Assembly: GCA_030390025.1 (NCBI GenBank)
Contig: JASTWF010000349.1
Span: 310,001-374,000, forward strand
Direction: 5' to 3'
DNA from: Squalus acanthias
Lineage: Eukaryota
DNA: 64,000 nucleotides
The notes beneath the pieces were generated by a model, which saw nothing but the letters and a program-made list of their open reading frames with translations, was not told the DNA's origin and made no database searches. Below, in pieces: positions 59,703-64,000 of this stretch. Positions within the stretch are counted from its first letter, which is position 1. The number at the start of each line of letters is the position of its first letter. A program made the position numbers and the translations under genes.

Positions 59703-62448
59703 ATGGCAACGGCACACCAGCCCAGTCAACCCTGCAAAGTCCTCCTCACCAACATCTGGGGACTTCTGCCATAATTGGGAGAGCTGTCCCACAGACTAGT
59801 CAAGCAACAACCTGACATAGTCATACTCACAGAATCATACCTTTCAGCCAATGTCCCAAACTCCTCCATCACCATCCCTGGGTATGTCCTGTCCCACCGG
59901 CAGGACAGACCCACCAGGGGTGGCGGCACAGTGGTATACAGTCGGGAAGGAGTGGCCCTGGGAGCCCTCAACATTGATTCAACAAGTCTCATGGGCAAGG
60001 AAACCTCCTGCTGATTACCACCTACCGCCCTCCCTCAGCTGATGAATCAGTACTCCTCCATGTTGAACACCACTTGGAAGAAGCACTGAGAGTAGCAAGG
60101 GCACTCTCCGGGTGGGGGACTTTAATGTCCATCACCAAGAGTGGCTCGGTAGCACCACTACTGACCGAGCTGGCCGAGTCCTGAAGGACATAACTGCCAG
60201 TCTGGGCCTGAGACAGGTGGTGAGTGAACCAACATGAGGGAAAACCCTACTTGACCTCGTCCTCACCAATCTACCTGTCGCAGATGCATCTGTCCATTGC
60301 AGCAGTGACCACTGCACAGTCCTTGTGGAGACGAAGTACCGTCTTCACACTGAGAACACCCTCCATCGTGTTGTGTGGCACTACCACCGTGCTAAATGGG
60401 ATAGATTCAGAACAGATCTCGCAGCTCAAAACTGGGCATCCATGAGGCGCTGTGGGCCATCAGCAGCAGCCGAATTGTATTCCACCACAATCTGTAACCT
60501 CATGGCCCGGCATATCCCTCACTCTACCATTACCATCAACCCTGGTTCAATAAGGAGTGTAGAAGAGCATGCTGGGAGCAGTACCCAAAAATGAGGTGCC
60601 AACCTGGGGAAGCTGCAACACAGGACTATATGCATGCTAAAAAGCGGAAGCAGCATGCTATAGACAGGGCTAAGCGATCCCACAATCAGCGGATCAGATC
60701 AAAGCTCTGCAGTCCTGCCACATACAGTCGTGAATGGTGGTGGACCATTAAACAACTAACGGGTGGAGGAGGCTCCAAGAATATCCCCATCCTCAATGAT
60801 AGTGGAGCCCAGCACTGGAGTGCAAAAGACAAGGCTGAAGCGTTTGCAACCAACTTCAGCCAGAAGTGCCGAGTGGATGATCCATATTGGCCTACTCCCG
60901 AGGTCGCCACCATCACAGAAGCCAGTCTTCAGCCAATTCGATTCACTCCACGTGATATCAAGAAACGGCTGAACGCACTGGATACAGCAAAGGTTATGGG
61001 CCCTGACAACATCCCGGTTATCGTGCTGAAGACTTGTGCTCCAGAACTAGCTGCGCCTCTAGCCAAGCTGTTCCAGTACAGCTACAACACTGGCATCTGT
61101 CCGACAGTGTGGAAAACTGCCCAGGTATATCCTGTCTACAAAAAGCAGGACAAATCCAACCCGGCCAATTACTGCCCCATCAGTCTACTCTCAATCATCA
61201 GCAAAGTGATGGAAGGTGTCATTGACAGTGCTATCAAGTGGCACTTACTCACCAATAACCTGCTCACTGATGCCCAGTTTGGGTTCCGCAAAGACCACTC
61301 GGCTCCCGACCTCATTATAGCCTTGGTCCAAACATGGACAAAGGAGCTGAATTCCAGAGGTGAGGTGAGAGTGACTGCCCTTGACATCAAGGCAGCATTT
61401 GACCGAGTGTGGCATCAAGGAGCCCTAGTAAAACTGAAGTCAATGGGAATCGGGGAAAACGCTCCACTGGCTGGAGTCATACCTAGCACAAAGGAAGATG
61501 GTTGAAGGTCAATCATCACAGCCCCAGGACATCGCTGCAGGAGTTCCTCAGGGCATTGTCCTAGGCCCAACCATCTTCAGCTGCTTTATCAATGACCTTC
61601 CCTCCAACATAAGGTCAGAAATGGTGATGTTCGCTGATGACTGCACAGTGTTCAGTGCCATTCACAACTCCACAGATAATGAAGCAGTCCATGCCCGCAT
61701 GCAACAAGACCTGGACGACGTTCAGGCTTGGGCTGATAAGTGGCAGGTAACATTCGCGCCACAGAAGTGCCAGGCATATGACTATCTCCAACAAGCGAGA
61801 GTATAACCACCTCCCCTTGACATTCAATGGCATTACCATCACCGAATCCCCCACTATCAACATCCTGGGGGGTTACCATTAACCAGAAACTTAACTGGAC
61901 CAGCCACATAAATACTGTGGCAACAAGAGCAGGTCAGAGGCTAGGTATTCTGCGGCGAGTGTCTCACCTCCGACTCCCCAAAGCCTTTCCACCATCTACA
62001 AGGCACAAGTAAGGAGTGTGATGGAATACTCTCCACTTGCCTGGATGAGTGCAGCTCCAACAACACTCAAGAAGCTCGACACCATCCAGGACAAAGCAGC
62101 CCGCTTGATTGGCACCCCATCCACCACCTTAAACATTCACTCCCTCCACCACCGGTGTACCGTGGCTGCAGTGTGTACCATCTACAAGATGCACTGCAGC
62201 AACTCCCAAACCCGCGACCTCTTCCACCTAGAAGGACAAGGGCAGCAGGCACATGGTAACATCACCACCTCCAAGTTCCCCTCCAAGTCACACACCGTCC
62301 TGACTTAGAAGTATATCGCCGATCCTTCATCGTCACTGGGTGAAAATCCTGGAACTCCCTACCTAACAGCACTGTGGGAGTACCATCACCACACAGACTG
62401 CAGCGGTTCAAGAAGGCGGCTCACCACCACCTTCTCAAGGGCAACTAG
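59703..62448 (+). pseudogene. Disrupted LINE ORF: apurinic-like endonuclease plus reverse transcriptase
   Basis: EN: KVLLTNIWGL, PDIVILTESYL, GGGTVVY, GDFNVHH, LDLVLTN, SDH. RT: GPDNIP, NYCPISLLS, QFGFRK, LDIKAAFDRVWH, GVPQGIVLGP, FADD (61630-61641). C-terminal MEYSPLAW and LHHR. In-frame TAA at 59772, several frameshifts and small deletions. Possible ATG at 59703. Confidence 0.9.
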
Positions 62449-62492
62449 GGATGGGCAATAAATGCTGGCCTTGCCAGCGACGCCCACATCCC
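62448..62492 (+). other. LINE 3'-tail stem-loop
   Basis: GGGATGGGC (62448-62456) pairs with GCCCACATCCC (62482-62492) with a bulge; inner hairpin GCTGGC-CTT-GCCAGC (62464-62478). 3' stem-loops are the known RT recognition signal in stringent LINEs. Confidence 0.65.
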
Positions 62493-62512
62493 ATGAATAC
62501 ATTTTTTTTTAA

Positions 62513-63019
62513 AGTACTGCCCCTCCAACAGTGCAGCACTCCCTCAGTACTGCCCCTCTGACAGTGCAGCGTTCCCTCAGTACTGCCCCTCCAACAGTGC
62601 AGCGCTCCTTCAGTACTGCCCGTCTGTGCAGCGGCCCGCTCAGTACTGCCCCTCTGAATGTGCAGCGCTCCCTCAGTACTGCCCCTCTGAATATGCAGCG
62701 GCCCTCTCAGTACTGCCCCTCTGAATGTGCAGCGGCCCCCTCAGTACTGCCCCTCTGAATGTGCAGTGGCCCCCTCAGTACTGCCCCTCTGAATGTGCAG
62801 CGGCCCCCTCAGTACTGCCCCTCTGAATGTGCAGCGGCCCCCTCAGTACTGCCCCTCTGAATGTGCAGCGGCCCGCTCAGTACTGCCCCTCTGAATGTGC
62901 AGCGGCCCCCTCAGTACTGCCCCTCTGAATGTGCAGCGGCCCCCTCAGTACTGCCCCTCTGAATGTGCAGCGGCCCCCTCAGTACTGCCCCTCAATGTGC
63001 AGCGGCCCCCTCAGTACTG
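62513..63019. repeat. Right-hand remnant of the SINE-derived minisatellite, shifting from 33-bp units to a 34-bp variant TCAGTACTGCCCCTCTGAATGTGCAGCGGCCCCC
   Basis: GAATGTGCAG recurs at 62791, 62825 and onward (period 34). The first units match the 33-bp consensus. Confidence 0.92.
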
Positions 63020-63126
63020 TATTGAAGTGCCAGCCTGGATTCTGGACTCAAGCCTCTGGAGTGGGACTTGAATCCACAACCTGCTGACTCGGGGCGAGAG
63101 CGCTACCACTGAGCCACGGCTGACAC
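63011..63126 (-). mobile_element. Deu-domain SINE 5' tRNA-derived head
   Basis: Colinear with 58815-58931: GGAGTGGGACTTGAATCCACAACC...CCACTGAGCCACGGCTGACAC, containing A and B boxes on the minus strand. Confidence 0.88.
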
Positions 63127-63355
63127 TAAGAATAGAAACTTGCCAAGCAATGACGCGACTGCAAAAGGTGTCATTTGATTTTACAACCAGATAGTGTGAG
63201 GAAGAGCAGTTTCGCCAGACCGTACATGTAGTGTGTCTACTGCAGCCCTCCTTGTAACAGGCGCTCTCAATGTAATGCAGGGTGGCTCTGTGTAACCTCT
63301 TGAAACTTGGGAGATGTTGACTTTGGCTGAATTTGATCTCTTGTTTTCTTCAAAG

Positions 63356-63419
63356 GCACAGAGGTTTGAGAGTGAGCAGGAGAAGGCAGCAGAGAGAGCA
63401 ACTCGAGGAGGGCTTCAAG
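63356..63419 (+). CDS. Candidate 64-bp internal exon of an unidentified host gene
   Basis: Acceptor TCTCTTGTTTTCTTCAAAG|G and donor AAG|GTAAGC; purine-rich body. Two frames are open (AQRFESEQEKAAERATRGGLQ or HRGLRVSRRRQQREQLEEGFK). Protein not recognised. Confidence 0.45.
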
Positions 63420-63912
63420 GTAAGCGTTCTTAAAATATGTTTCCATGGCTGGTGCGGAGGCTGGTGTCAGATTACCTGTTGACTGCTGTCCAGTGTGGAT
63501 TTGTACTGAGAGGTTTTTGACCCTGGCTTCAATGGAGATTAATGGATACAGTTTGTACTAGGAACACTTTTTTAAAGCTTCCAACAGCAGCCTTGTATTA
63601 AAGGATGAGGGCAGCGTGTGCAATTGGCACAAAGTTACTTCTAACATACGGTGGAGATAGAGAACCGGAACCGCTTTCCACATTGCTTTGGCCTCTAAAA
63701 GCGTAACTGTCTGACGCTAAACATTGCAACCCCATCTTGCGTCCTTTGGAGTTCAGTTCTTGCATTCTTGCAGACTCTTCCTTTATCACTTAAGGGAGAG
63801 ACTCTGAGCCAAAGGTCTGCAGCCACCTGGGGTAGTTGCATGACTGGTTGTCAGAGCTCTTCGACAAAGGAGCTCCATCAGGTCATGTGCAATCATTTCA
63901 CTCTTGTGGGGT

Positions 63913-63994
63913 GTGATATCCTAGAGTACTAGTTCTTTTATGGGTTGGGTCAGTTACCGTGAGATCCTGGAGTACTAGTTCCTTGATGGATTGG
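63913..63994. repeat. Two imperfect 36-bp direct repeats, period 46 (possible start of another tandem array at the window edge)
   Basis: GTGATATCCTAGAGTACTAGTTCTTTTATGGGTTGG vs GTGAGATCCTGGAGTACTAGTTCCTTGATGGATTGG, 5 mismatches. Confidence 0.7.
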
Positions 63995-64000
63995 TTTTGG

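Larger units (their letters stand above)
59302..62512 (+). mobile_element. Near full-length non-LTR retrotransposon (APE-RT, CR1/L2-group-like) with a tRNA-derived 5' head and a single ORF
   Basis: tRNA-like head, ~400-bp leader, then endonuclease and RT motifs, a stop at 62446-62448, a short structured 3' UTR containing AATAAA, and a T9/A3 end. Confidence 0.9.

Noticed and set aside
60591..61505. 304-aa ORF as an intact reverse transcriptase gene
   Set aside because: It is one fragment of a frameshifted LINE ORF; the catalytic FADD motif lies in another frame.
58860..63126. tRNA genes at 58860-58931, 59302-59392 and 63060-63126
   Set aside because: The A/B boxes are retroposon heads continuous with SINE or LINE bodies. 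No complete cloverleaf is evident.
63598..63789. 63-aa minus-strand ORF
   Set aside because: Short, with no recognisable motif or supporting signals; expected by chance.

Overview
Eukaryotic, repeat-dominated DNA, most likely from a cartilaginous fish (inferred from a tRNA-headed Deu-domain SINE of the SacSINE1 type and its L2-type partner LINE). No intact gene is visible, and nearly all ORFs in the track are artefacts of tandem repeats. (1) 1-44912 is a pyrimidine-rich 24/25-bp minisatellite interrupted by 26 copies of a conserved, palindrome-rich ~372-bp core. Together they form a macrosatellite with A-B-C-B higher-order order and a ~14.6-kb duplication. (2) A 200-N scaffold gap and a short G-rich repeat follow. 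(3) 45555-63126 reads as one minus-strand Deu-SINE whose internal 33-mer expanded into a ~12-kb minisatellite. That array was then split by a decayed L2-type LINE (carrying a nested full-length SINE) and a 3.2-kb single-ORF APE-RT LINE. (4) A candidate 64-bp exon lies near 63.4 kb. The most interesting signal is the 3.2-kb LINE: it starts with a tRNA-derived A/B-box head, lacks ORF1, and has no TTTT run over ~3.06 kb of its sense strand, which suggests a Pol III-transcribed protein-coding retrotransposon. Family names come from recognition by eye, not database searches.
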